Assembly (NCBI GenBank): GCA_030295235.1 | Contig: AP026124.1 | Span: forward strand, 992,001 to 1,056,000 | Direction: 5' to 3' | From: Fistulifera solaris | Taxonomy: Eukaryota | DNA length: 64,000 nt | Part shown: positions 1-11,192 of the stretch, piece by piece | Layout of the letters: every line of letters begins with the position of its first letter | Position numbering within the stretch: the first letter of the stretch is position 1 | Notes under the pieces: generated by a model | The model's input: only the letters and a program-made list of their open reading frames with translations | What the model was told of the DNA's origin: nothing | Database searches by the model: none | Program-made: the position numbers and the translations under genes

Positions 1-3000
1 ATTCGCATTGACAAATGGGTCGTGGTTACCACCCTCAGAGCCTACAACAACCACGGCAGATACGAATTCTGAAAAAGCTTCTAGTGATGACGGCGAAGTC
101 GATGTCTCCGTTAGGGTAACGGAATCTCTCAGTGGCGCTGATGTCCCCGTGACCGCGTTTAACAGGAGAGTTCTTCATACACAGACGTCGGGGGCTTCAT
201 TTTCGATTTCCAGGCGGGAAAACGAGACAATTCTTTTTCCAAAGAGGTTGTCGCTGCATCATCTGTATCTTTCCTTGAAATACTGCAGTTGCTTACACTT
301 CAAATACATACCTTGGAAGAGTGCGCCTCGCTCCACCGCCTGCTTTCAAATCTGGACGATGAATCTCGACTATTGTCATCGGGATTGTCAATAAACTCAT
401 ACCTGAGTCGCCTAATACATGTGCCGACTAGCCTCGCAGATGTCTGGGCACTTCGTCCACACCCGCATGGACCGCTGCAATCGAAAGGAAGTGGAGAGAA
501 TCGAGGATCCATTCTTGGTCTTTTAATTGCCCTTTACGAGCATAGGTCAGATCACGGTGCTATCCTAGACTCGCAAGGAGGAGATCAAGTCGATGAAGGG
601 CATGGGGGTGCCCGTGCACTTGCTTCCAGTGGCCTCAAATGGATCTTGAGGTTTGTTAATGCCTTAGTTGACGGTGCACCAGCTGTCAGCGCAGCAATAA
701 GATCGGCGACCAACGGACTTCGAGAGATCAAAACGCAGGATTTCAGTGCTTTGTCGTGGACAATAGATGAAGAAGTGCGAAATATCATCCGAAGAATGTT
801 GGCAAACCTGACTGACTTATGGCCAATGGAACGCAGCAAATCGGAGTCATCAGAAAAGGCAACACCCAAAGTATCCGAAGCTGGTAAGGCAGCCCAGAAG
901 CGCCAGTTGGAGAAAATGAGGAAAATGCAAGCAAAGTTCGCTGCAACGATACAAGGTTTAGATGACGAGAAACAAATCAACGAAGCAGATACTGGAAGCG
1001 ACCAGTGTATTATCTGCCGCTGTGATGATGTTGATGGCGAGAACAACGGCCCATTAGGATTTTTAGGTCACGTCCAGCGCTCGCGGGTCCTCCAAATGCG
1101 TTTTACGATCGAAGCCGATAAGAGGAAGGGCGTCCCGCTTGATCTATCTCAGAGTTATCTCGTTGTCGGTCACAAAGGATGTCAGGTAAGTCGTCGTTTT
1201 GCTTTGCGCAATATGGCACTTTCATTTTCGCTAAGAATATCTTAAAGCTAAGAGAAACGGAAGCTATGGATTCTAGGCCTCTGACATGTTTGCCAAAAGG
1301 GAGTATTGTCACAATTCTCTCCCATAAAGTGTCCACAGAGTATGGGGTTCTATCTAGAAGAGTTTTCGTTCGTCACAGACCGGAAAACAACGCTGACGGA
1401 ACGTTAGCTGAGGGATGGGCTAGCATTCAATCCTCTCAAGGTTATGTAATTTTGAGCCCTCTGATCTCAATGTGCTTCACTAATTCGCGTTGGGGCAGTA
1501 CGCGCCCAGTTATCAAGCAATGTGGACACGCAGCACATCTAAGGTGCGTCGAGACGCACACTCTGTCTCTGCACCACCGAGCGGCGAGTGAGCAGACGTA
1601 TGATGGGCGATTTGCTGCAAATATTGACGACGGTGAATTTTTATGTCCGCTTTGCAAACAGTTGTGTAATATTCTGATACCAAGAGATAAAATGACTGAA
1701 GGAGACTCAATATTTATGGATGTAGAGGAGGTTTGTCCGTCCGGTAAATGTGAACTTTCAGCAGTCCGAATCATTTTGAGGAAAGGTTGCTCGGTTCACC
1801 TGACAAGCGCGGAAAGGGAATCTATGGCAAGCAAAGCTCTGGATCAATTCGGTTCTAAATTATATAGTGCCATGAACGTTCCGTGGGACCGAACAACCCA
1901 ATCTCAAAGAATGAATCAGCAAGAATGGCTTCGGGCTATTCAAATGTGGGATTTTGAAGACGTATCTAATGTTGATGGCAGTGTAAAGAATACGCAAGCA
2001 TTGTTGCGACAACAACTAATCTCATGGTCGGCTGTTGGGCACAACGCGTCTACCCTCGAGGCTAGTACCCGGGCGCTGGAAGAAGTTCTTCCGTTTGGAA
2101 CTTTTTCAGTGACTTCTGATCCATGGCAGGGGTTCAGCACAAAATCAAGAGATTCTCATCCCCTGCTACTGGAATTGCGACGCATGCTGAACGCATCGTC
2201 GGGTTTGCTACAACTTCTTTGCCGACGTGTTGCCGATCAATTAACTACAACAGACAACACGGGGCAGACCACAGTTATTGGAGAATGTCTCGCTAGTATT
2301 CTCGAGGGCCGATGCTGGGTGCAAGATGTTTTGTCCAATAAAGAAATCTGTGGAACCGATGCTGGATTATGGAGTTGTTTGTACAGCTTGATATCAGCCG
2401 TCCCTTGCCACGTAGCTCGAGATGGCACCATTGCGCAACGATGCGAAGCAAGAGCATCAGCTGTCGCGATGTGGACGATGAAGGGTGTAGGAAGATCGAA
2501 CGATGAAAGAAGAGAGGTCCCTACTCCTTTGCCATTCAGCAGCTACCTAATGAGCACACTTGCTCAACTGGCTGGGGAACAATGGACCCGTGTTTAGATC
2601 CCACTCAATCTTTTTCCCGGCCCTTTCGTCCCGCAATCGCCAGTGTCTTTCCCTATCTCCCTCTTCTTTCATGGGATCTTAACACTTACACTGCTTCCAT
2701 ATTTTCCGCCTTCCTGGGAAACCACATGAAAATGCTGCCAACAGCACAGCAAATACTATTTGTTTGCAAGACTCTCATGCTTGGACGTGTGGTGCAGGCC
2801 ATCGTCACCCCTTGTGGTTTTGACCTTCCTGATGAGACTGATTTGGACGAAGAAAGTTGCTGGGATGAAACTGAAGCGAAAAAGCAAGGGAATGCGTTGA
2901 GTAAACTATTAGCTCATTGCCGATCCGTTATCGACAGCAAGTCGATGTCTCACGGACAAGAGCTTCTGGGCGACGCCTCTTACTATCAAGACAATGTCGT

Positions 3001-4378
3001 TTTGGCTGGCCTTGGACGTGCTATTTTGCCGTTCTCCCGTTCACTTATTCTTATGGTGAGAGCTTTCGTTTCGACTGTTCATGAAAGACAGCAACGTGGT
3101 GGGCATCAAGTTGAGAGGAACAAGTTCAATGAAGTTTTGGAAAAAATTCTTTGCAATGACGATCTTATGACAGTGGAAGACGGTTTTTGTCTTATCAAAG
3201 CTATGGATGGGCCACTGCCTAGTCAAATGATTGACCCCGCCGACGAGTGGTGGGAATTAATCAATAAGTGGCTGGTAGCGGCTCTTGGTCTTGAATGTCA
3301 TCACGGCTCTCGGGGTAGCACGATTGGAAGGTCTGTTGACGATGTCCCGTCTTTGAATGCTAAACATATTGACCCGCAACACGAAAGCATTGCGTCTAAT
3401 CAAAGGGAACAGAACGTTTTTGAAGCTCCAGCCTACTTTAGAAACGAGCCTATGGATCACGGTGAAAGCGACGCTGAATCAATTGCAGAACCTGACCACG
3501 GTAACTTTTTCGGCCTCAGAACAGATTTTCATAACGATAGTAACGACGACGAAGAAGAAGATGTCATGATGCAAGATGTGGAGGAATTTCCGGATGTATC
3601 CGGTATGGTTCCTACTTTCACGTTTTTCAATCCGGCTTTGAACCGGAATACTGACGGAGAGGAGTCGTCTGAAGAATACAGTAGTTCTGAAAACGAGGGT
3701 CTGGATGGCGACCGTGCGTTTGCCCATGTCTCTAAGTCCCCTGTCATATATTATCAACCCAGTTTACTAGGTCGCGAAAAGGTTGGCCCAGGCAAGTCCG
3801 GGGAAGCCTTTGAGTCGCGCCGCGCGAGCTGCGTCATGTCGGATTTGAGCCACCTCAGCTTAGTGCATCTCAAGGGAGTCCCCACTTTTAGCTTGGTCCG
3901 TCTGCCGAAGTCATTCGTGGAACTTTACAACATGGTGAACATAGTGAAAGGAACTGGAGAAGATTCTCCTAATCTCGACGATAATGAAGACTTGGCTAAT
4001 TCCGAAACAGCGATTTGTCTGCTTACTGGAGCCGTCATGCGATCAGGATCCACTCGAAGAACATTTGCTCGTGCAACAAGGCAGCCCGGTTCATGCACGA
4101 TTCATGCCAGGAAAACTGGATCAGGAATCGGAATATTTTTCCTCGTTCAGAAGTGCACCGTTCTTTTGATGCACAACAATAAATCGGCATATTCTCCTAG
4201 TTTGTACGTAGATGTCCACGGAGAAGAAGACCCTGGATTGAAACGTGGCCGACCACTTTTTCTGCAAGAAGATCGATACAGGGCTTTGGAGCGGCTATGG
4301 CGTCAGCAAGGTATCCCAGGGGAAGTTGCCCAGATCCGATCAACATCCGACCGTGTCATTCGCGACAACTGGTATTAA
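1..4378 (+). CDS. UBR1/PRT6-type N-end rule E3 ubiquitin ligase, 3' part (5' end outside window)
   Basis: ORFs 8-394, 289-1245, 1179-2597 and 2582-4378 chain together. Split RING CIICRC...CGHAAHLRC...EFLCPLCKQLCN; UBR C-terminal motifs GIGIFFLVQ and SLYVDVHGEEDPGLKRGRPLFL. GT-AG intron 1186-1247 joins the frames; apparent 1-nt frameshifts near 250-290 and 2540-2590. Confidence 0.9.
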
Positions 4379-4450
4379 TAGGCAATTAAAAAAACTAATA
4401 CGTCGAAAGTTAAAACTGTCAGTAGGCATGATTCAAAAATTAACCAAGAA

Positions 4451-6021
4451 TCACTTAGCGTCGTCGACCGTAAATTCAGCACGGCCCCAGGATTGATCTC
4501 GATGGCAATATAGTTCACTGATGACCATCCCCGTGGCAAAGTCGTCAACAAATTGTCGTTTATCTACCTGAGCAATGTGGAGGCGCGTTGACTCACGCGT
4601 CGAGGCAATTAGTTTGCCCGCTGCAAGATCATCGCAGAAAGTTTCTGATCGGATGGCCCAGACCTCCAAAGCATCCACGTCAAATATTGCATCAACGTCT
4701 CGTTCCTTTTTCAAAAGTGATCCTGATTCAAATGTCGTGTCCATAGTTCCAGCGTAACAGCCTTCTAAGGACGGATGCAAATGCAGTCGAGGGATGTCGG
4801 CTGCAATTCCACCAATTGCCAAGCCTTCCAGAGGTCCCTGGCCCCGGCGATAAGAAACAGGGGTATTCAAAAATTGATGAAAACATCTGCTAGACGTATA
4901 AACAGTTTGTTTCAGTGGGCTGTCAGATGTCGCATCATCTCTCATCATATTGTAGCAGGTCCATGAGGGCTGAATGCGGAGAAGAAATGTCGCTTTCACA
5001 GCCATTGGGAATGAAGCCTCATCGCTGCTGGTAGAGTACCATTTAGGACCGTTCTTCCAAGGCAATGCTGTGTAGAAGCCAAGCACTTCATTTTCTGTAG
5101 TTCGAATAAGTACCAAGGTAGGACCCATGAATGATACCAAAGCATGGGAAAAGCTGGAAAAAGCGAGTCCGTCCTCGTCACTGTTGTACAGTCTGCGATC
5201 TTTCTGAAACCAAGGGCCGCCCAAACCCATCAAAGACAGATGGAAAGGAACAGGGTCCAGTGGATGCTTCCAAAAACCTGACAAGTCATTCAAATAATCA
5301 CTTTGTCGTTCACAACCAGTAATCCAGTTGAAAAGGGATGACTTATACCGTGGATTGGAGAACGAATCGTTTTGTAGATTTGTGCCGACGAGTGTCGCGC
5401 CCAGAAGCGCATAATGGAAAACAGTAGAGAGCAGGTGTACAGCATGCTTTGCTTGTCCCTCCAACCACACTTTGATTTGTATCGGTGACAAGTAGCAGTC
5501 CCTTTCATCCTTCAATGATGACAAAGTGGACAAGGATTCAGCCATCGTTTCGCGTATTCTAGTTTCGTTCCTTCCTCTCGACACCAGCGACCGAAAGTGT
5601 AGCAAGTAAGCAGCTTTCGCGAGTCGAAGAATGAAATCAGCTATTCGAGAAGGCGAACAGTCGTCACCGAACGCTTGGTAAAGTCGCGCAGCCAAAGCTT
5701 GTGCACTCCCTCGACCCGTGAGTGTGATGGCCGTTTCCATGAATTTGGCTCTGGCGTGCAATTCTGGTTGCTCATGTTCGAAAATACCGACAACGGCGGC
5801 ATTCTTATACTCCTGTTGAAATATTTGTGATAGTTCGGGCAAAATATCTGTCTCCACGGACACTACAATATCCGTAAACTCGTCTTCAACCAGACAGCTC
5901 GATAAACGCGGAGTTGATCGCTCATCACAGTGTTCGTAGACGGCAAAATTCCAAGCAGGCGATCCAGTTCATGATCACGAAGAGGATATCGATCAAGAAG
6001 TGATTCGCGAAGAGGATTCAT
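4451..6021 (-). CDS. TLDc-domain protein
   Basis: ORF 4451-5863 has TLDc motifs (GPTLVLIRTTENEVLGFY..PW, TFLLRIQP, GLAIGG, FDVDALEVW). Probable start MNPLRESLL at 6021 with a frameshift near 5870; possible 5'UTR intron 6052-6136. The 5' end is uncertain. Confidence 0.75.
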
Positions 6022-6213
6022 AAAAGAAGCTCCAGATGATGATAATATGAACTGTGAATGGAGTAGCATGAAGTATACGATGAAAGATGCCATGTTTCGA
6101 ATTTCTAACCTCACCAAGTACGTAGATTGTACGTACCACTCGTAGGGAAATTTATCGGCCGAGTGATCACCCAGATATTCAAGATTTTCACTTTGTTTGT
6201 CGCCGTTGTCTCG

Positions 6214-6482
6214 CTTTGCCTTCGTTTTTGGCCACGGGCGAAGAGGAAAAACCAAAATATTGAAATATTGCAGTTCTTCCATATAAGCAATCGTTTATTT
6301 CTAAAGAATGATATTATTCATCGGGATTTCGAAATGGGTGTGGTGTCTTTTTCTTGTGCAATGTTGGAGTCAACACGTCCGGTCGTCAGCCGTTCGGAAA
6401 ACGGCGTTACCCATCCCGTCCGGTATCGCTGGATCAAAGAAGTCACCACCATTCAAGAATCACGAATTGTGGGACTCGCATC
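6214..6482 (+). repeat. Left copy of ~269-bp host duplication flanking the retrotransposon (contains a truncated carboxypeptidase 5' end, ATG 6308)
   Basis: ctttgccttcg...gggactcgcatc recurs at 13010-13275 with only single-base indel differences. Confidence 0.95.
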
Positions 6483-6498
6483 GATGGGTCTGATAAAC

Positions 6499-6685
6499 AC
6501 AGTTAATCCTATTCACGGCAGCAATAGAATGAAATAGAGGCATGCAATAGATGAATTACGTTACACCTTCTAATCATGGAGATGACCACCATGTGTTGCA
6601 TGTTGCGACCGCGCAACGCGAGGTACGACGGCTCATCCGTGAACGGCCGTACATCCGTCAACCGTAGCATGACCGGATTCGCTGT
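6499..6685 (-). repeat. Extra LTR copy A (187 bp)
   Basis: acagttaatcc...ggattcgctgt; one substitution versus copy B; followed in element sense by the same 15 nt (6484-6498) that follow the 5' LTR. Confidence 0.9.
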
Positions 6686-6872
6686 ACAGTTAATCCTATT
6701 CACGGCAGCAATAGAATGAAATAGAGGCATGCAATAGATGAATTACGTTACACCTTCTAATCATGGAGATGACCACCATGTGTTGCATGTTGCGACCGCT
6801 CAACGCGAGGTACGACGGCTCATCCGTGAACGGCCGTACATCCGTCAACCGTAGCATGACCGGATTCGCTGT
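6686..6872 (-). repeat. 3' LTR (copy B, 187 bp)
   Basis: Head-to-tail with copy A at the junction ctgt|acag; lies ~170 bp downstream of the pol stop. Confidence 0.9.
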
Positions 6873-7041
6873 GTCCCCGGGAGCATGTCGCGAACTGGTT
6901 CTCACATGATCAGACTGCAGAGGCCCCTTCATTTTCAAATGGGGGCGGGTTGTTTTAACCCATGACATGTAAAATATGTAAAATAAATGAAACTCTCTCA
7001 CTGTCGACACCATCGGGCGACAATCAGCACAAGAAATAACA

Positions 7042-10000
7042 TCACCACAACACCCGAGAGCTGAGATCACGAAGACGCGGACCTCCCAACAACTTGGTGA
7101 GAATGTCACTCAAATTGCCTCGCCATCTTCCTTCGTCAATCGAATAATACCAGCAGCAATCGCTTCACGAACTTTGTGATACGCCACCGCATTAGCTTTC
7201 TTTTTCAAAGGACTCTCAGGGTGTGTCGTATTCTTGACCACGGAATCATTATCGCAGAAAACAGAAGTTGGCCCTTCAATCGGTACTCCCATCATCCCGG
7301 GAGTTTATAACGCAAACCTTCAATCATCTCGACGGCAATTTTCAAAGCTACTATCTCACTTCCAAATGTAGAAGTCTCAACAGTTGTCTGGCGCTTTGAG
7401 AACCAAAGAATAGGAGCCCTGTTTACAAAAAACAAGCACGCCACTATGTGAACGTCGAGTATCCCTACAACCGGCATGATCCGCATCGCAGAAACATGAA
7501 ATGAGCACAGGCTCACCACGCTCCTCCCGGTTTGTCTGGTGGAATCACTTCAGCTGCATCCGGATAAAACTCGCCTCCAGTCCCTTCTTATGAACCGTCT
7601 GTCATCAATGAAAGGCCTGGTATCATCAAAAACCAAAGTAGAACGGTCGTGAGATTTCAAGTAAGCAAATATGTGAAACACTTGATCAAGATGACCTTCT
7701 CTAGCTTGCGCTAGGTACCTCGACAACATCGAGACCGGTACAATGATATCCAAGCGTCCCAACTCGCATAACCATCGTAACACGCCAATCAACCCCTGGA
7801 AATAATTCTGACGCCGATCGTCCAATTCTGGTGAAACATCCAATTCCGGACGGTATCCTGCACTAAATGGAGTCGCCCGCTTTCTTTGGTAGATCTAAAT
7901 GAACTTTGTTTAGCTCAGTCTCGACCTCGCTGATAGCCTTTTTGGTATACTTTTCTGACGAGAGTGCCCAACGGTCCTTTGTTGGGTCTTCAGCATCATC
8001 AATATGCCATTTTTTAACGTCGGGCTCCAAGATATAGTTCCGGCTCTTCCGCTTTCCGTCTTTAAACTGAAAGATTTGTGCAATTTCGAACATCTTATCA
8101 GGATCGATACTTTGTCCTACAAGATCATCCACGACGCCAACAAATACTCGTATTACTTGGTGCCATCCGGCTTCAGGGCTGGCCGCATCCAGATGTCAGG
8201 ATCAGCCTTACACGGTATAGCCAAGTTCCCGTAACTTAGATGCGAGGGTGTGAACGGAATCGAAATCCGGCTGACGGAAGTCCATACAAAGCACGAACAA
8301 TCTTAGCCGGGCGACCCTGGTTCGAACCAAATTCCAACCCTGTCCTATACCAGTATTTCTCTTTGATCGGCCGTTAGATAAGCTGCTCTGAATATCGGCA
8401 GACAACACTTTCAAGTTATTCAAAGCAGCAAGCAGAAAGAACAGTCTTACGGAATCTCTCGACACGACAGATGAAAACGTATTCTCCTTCGGTTCATCGA
8501 CTTTGTGACCGTCTGCCACAAACCGTGCCTTGCGGACTAAGGTGATCTTGACGTCGAATATCATGTGACACTTGATCTCCTTATGACCCACAGGAATCAA
8601 ATCCTCGGCATTGAATTCGAAGGCAATCGGAAACATTCTTCATCTCTTTCTCAATCGCTTTCCGCCAGTAATCCGTACCGGTATCGCCGATCTATCTGTA
8701 AGGCTTCCGCCACAGTCTTTGGCAATCGAACTCCATACTTGTGAGTTCTCTTCCAGTATCTGTTCTTGGTCTTTGCAATAATCCGATCCTTTTTCCCGAA
8801 TCACGGGGAACCCACCAGGCGAACGCCGGTTCGTCGTCGATCTTGGCTCCAACTGCATAAAGCGCAACTTGTACTGGATGGGACTCCTTGATATCCGACA
8901 AACGGACCCAATCTGAGCTTCCATCTTTCCATTCGCACAGCAGTTCCCAGCCCCTGGTGGTAATCTTCCGACTAGGATTGCTGCCAGTTCCGTCAGGCAG
9001 AAAACCGTTCTCCTTGGATACTGCATGACCATTTTTCCGATGATCAACAATCTCCGATAATACTGCAAACATCCGACCCTCATCATCAATCTGAGCTTAA
9101 AGATTCTCAGCAATAATGTTAGCACTGTACGAGTCAACCGTCCCATCCGGAAACTCAATCTCGTGAATATCGCGGTGTCTAGGATTGGATTCTCATTCGC
9201 TGAACCTATCGGGTATACCGTCATCGTTTTTAACCCTCCGCTTGACGACACCATGCCTCAGCTCACCACCGACTAGGAGTTGAATCTCTGAGTTAATGTA
9301 GTGATCGTGACGCTTCCGGAGTATAGTCATCCAAATCTGGACGAGGTTCCTCTGGCTCTGGCTGTTCATCCGCATCCACGTCAAATAGATCAGCAGGCAT
9401 TGAAACGTCTGGTAGCAACTCTTCGTCGAGTTCCGCTGGTGTCCCCGATCTTTCGTTCAATGATAGCGGTCAGTTCATCGACTCTAGCCTTCATTGCATC
9501 GGTTCCGAAATCCTGGGCATCCACCGCCCACACCGTGGATCTCACAATCGGTTGACAAGACCTTGGGAGAATCCAGTAACAATCACCAGATCCGTATTCT
9601 CCAGCTGGCCCTAACCAACGACCTAGATGATGCTCGCCATCTTCGTCCAGATACCACACCCAGTCATACCACTCATGCTGAGCATAGGTACTGATATCGG
9701 GTGTGTAGCCCTTAACGTGCTCAAAAGGTGTCCGCCCTTGCAATGATGGAATGCCCAAAGCTGTAAAACATCGAATGCGCTGACCAAGTCGCCAAGGTAC
9801 GGCCAGAGCCGCCGTGGCTAACGCTTTGTCGTCCACTTCCGAATCCCACGTTTGATTTCTCGCACTTCAGATTCAGCTCGGTTCTGCCACCAGGAGAATG
9901 GCTGCGTGAAGGTATGATTGATGTGATAACGAGACACCACCTTCTCCCACTCAGTGTTCCCGGTTCCACTAGCTCCTTGTTCCCTGGAGTTGTCAGTAAT

Positions 10001-11192
10001 CAGCTTCTCCGGTATCCCATCCTCCTGGACCAGATTCACCAATCCATGACTTGCAAGACGCTTTGACTTCATCGGCCAGAACCGACCGTAACCTTTTCCG
10101 TTGGTAGTCAACTGAGCACAAGTTTCTCCACCCAAGCCTTTATCCTTGAAGAAAACACTATCTGAATACCATCTTCCTCTTAGCGTTGGATGCCTGAGGT
10201 ACGGTTGTGATTTCATTCGTCGTTGAACTGGATGTACCACTTTCCGAATTCCTTTCTGTGTTGTGGTTCTGATGGTATTAGAGGCTATCGTTGCCGATTC
10301 CCCATCGCTTACCCAACACAACTGGCGACAATGCCGGCTTTGGTGCTTCCTTCCTAAACGCCGCAACCTGTCTCGTGTCAGACCAGTCCCCGGAATCTTG
10401 ATACCGCTCATGACAGAAACCACAGATGTCTGAAAATAGTAGACCTTTTGCCAATCCGCAACAATGAAGTCCCCGTTCTTGGAGTCCACGATCCACCATG
10501 TCCCCCGGGCGGAATGCAAAGGGTCAAAGTCATACCGGGTTGTCAGCAATCACCAGTGCCGATATCTTACGACGAACAGGGTATGTTGGGTAAAGAAAGT
10601 CCACATCTTTAGCCGCCTGCTCAGCTCTTGAAAACGTGAGGATGAAGGATCCCACTCGTCCTCCCGACGTCACATAGATACGAGATGCATTACGTAACTC
10701 GGTGTCAGTTGGTAGGCCGAAGTGAAGCCTGAAATAACACCGTCCATAGAAAGAGGAATGACAAGTTCCGGGTTGCTCAGGAGGGCGCAAAATGATAGAG
10801 TGTCGTGATTCGGGAACATACTGAGTCGGACTGTCTTCCACGACATGACCAAAGTCACGGATCTGGTTCGGAGATAACAGACTAGAAGCTAACCGGTCCC
10901 CAAAATACAACGCCTGTCCAAAAATCAAAAGAATAACTTCGCCAGTTTTGGGATTGTCATAAGCGGTAGCACATGTGGCAATCGGAATGTCGGACAACGG
11001 TTGATACTCAGGGCTGTACGGAGAGACTTGTACCGTTTCCCCACTAGCTTCAAGTAAAACCATATTCCGTCCAGCAACGACCGTATCCGCATGGCTATCG
11101 AGCTCACATCGATCAAAAGAGCCAGCATCGTCCAGGACATCCATCCTATAGACGTGCCGTTCAACACAATGAATGTGTCGGAGCGACCCTAG
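7042..11192 (-). CDS. pol: Copia Pol polyprotein (protease, integrase, chromo-like domain, RT, RNase H), broken by many 1-nt frameshifts
   Basis: PR LDSHADT. IN YSD..ITDN..QNRAESE. RT CHMIFDVK..RKARFVADGH, LSADIQ, xVDD near 8125-8135. RNase H FCDADHAG, VETSTFGSE, FCDNDSV, NLSDILTK..RVLW* (stop 7042-7044). Confidence 0.92.

Noticed and set aside
6214..6685. Treating the 269-bp duplication as part of a longer LTR
   Set aside because: The order is duplication-LTR on the left but LTR-duplication on the right, and the segment encodes the host carboxypeptidase N-terminus.
6127..7109. ORFs 6127-6537, 6509-6730 and 6696-7109 as genes
   Set aside because: They run through the duplicated flank and LTRs and have no protein motifs.
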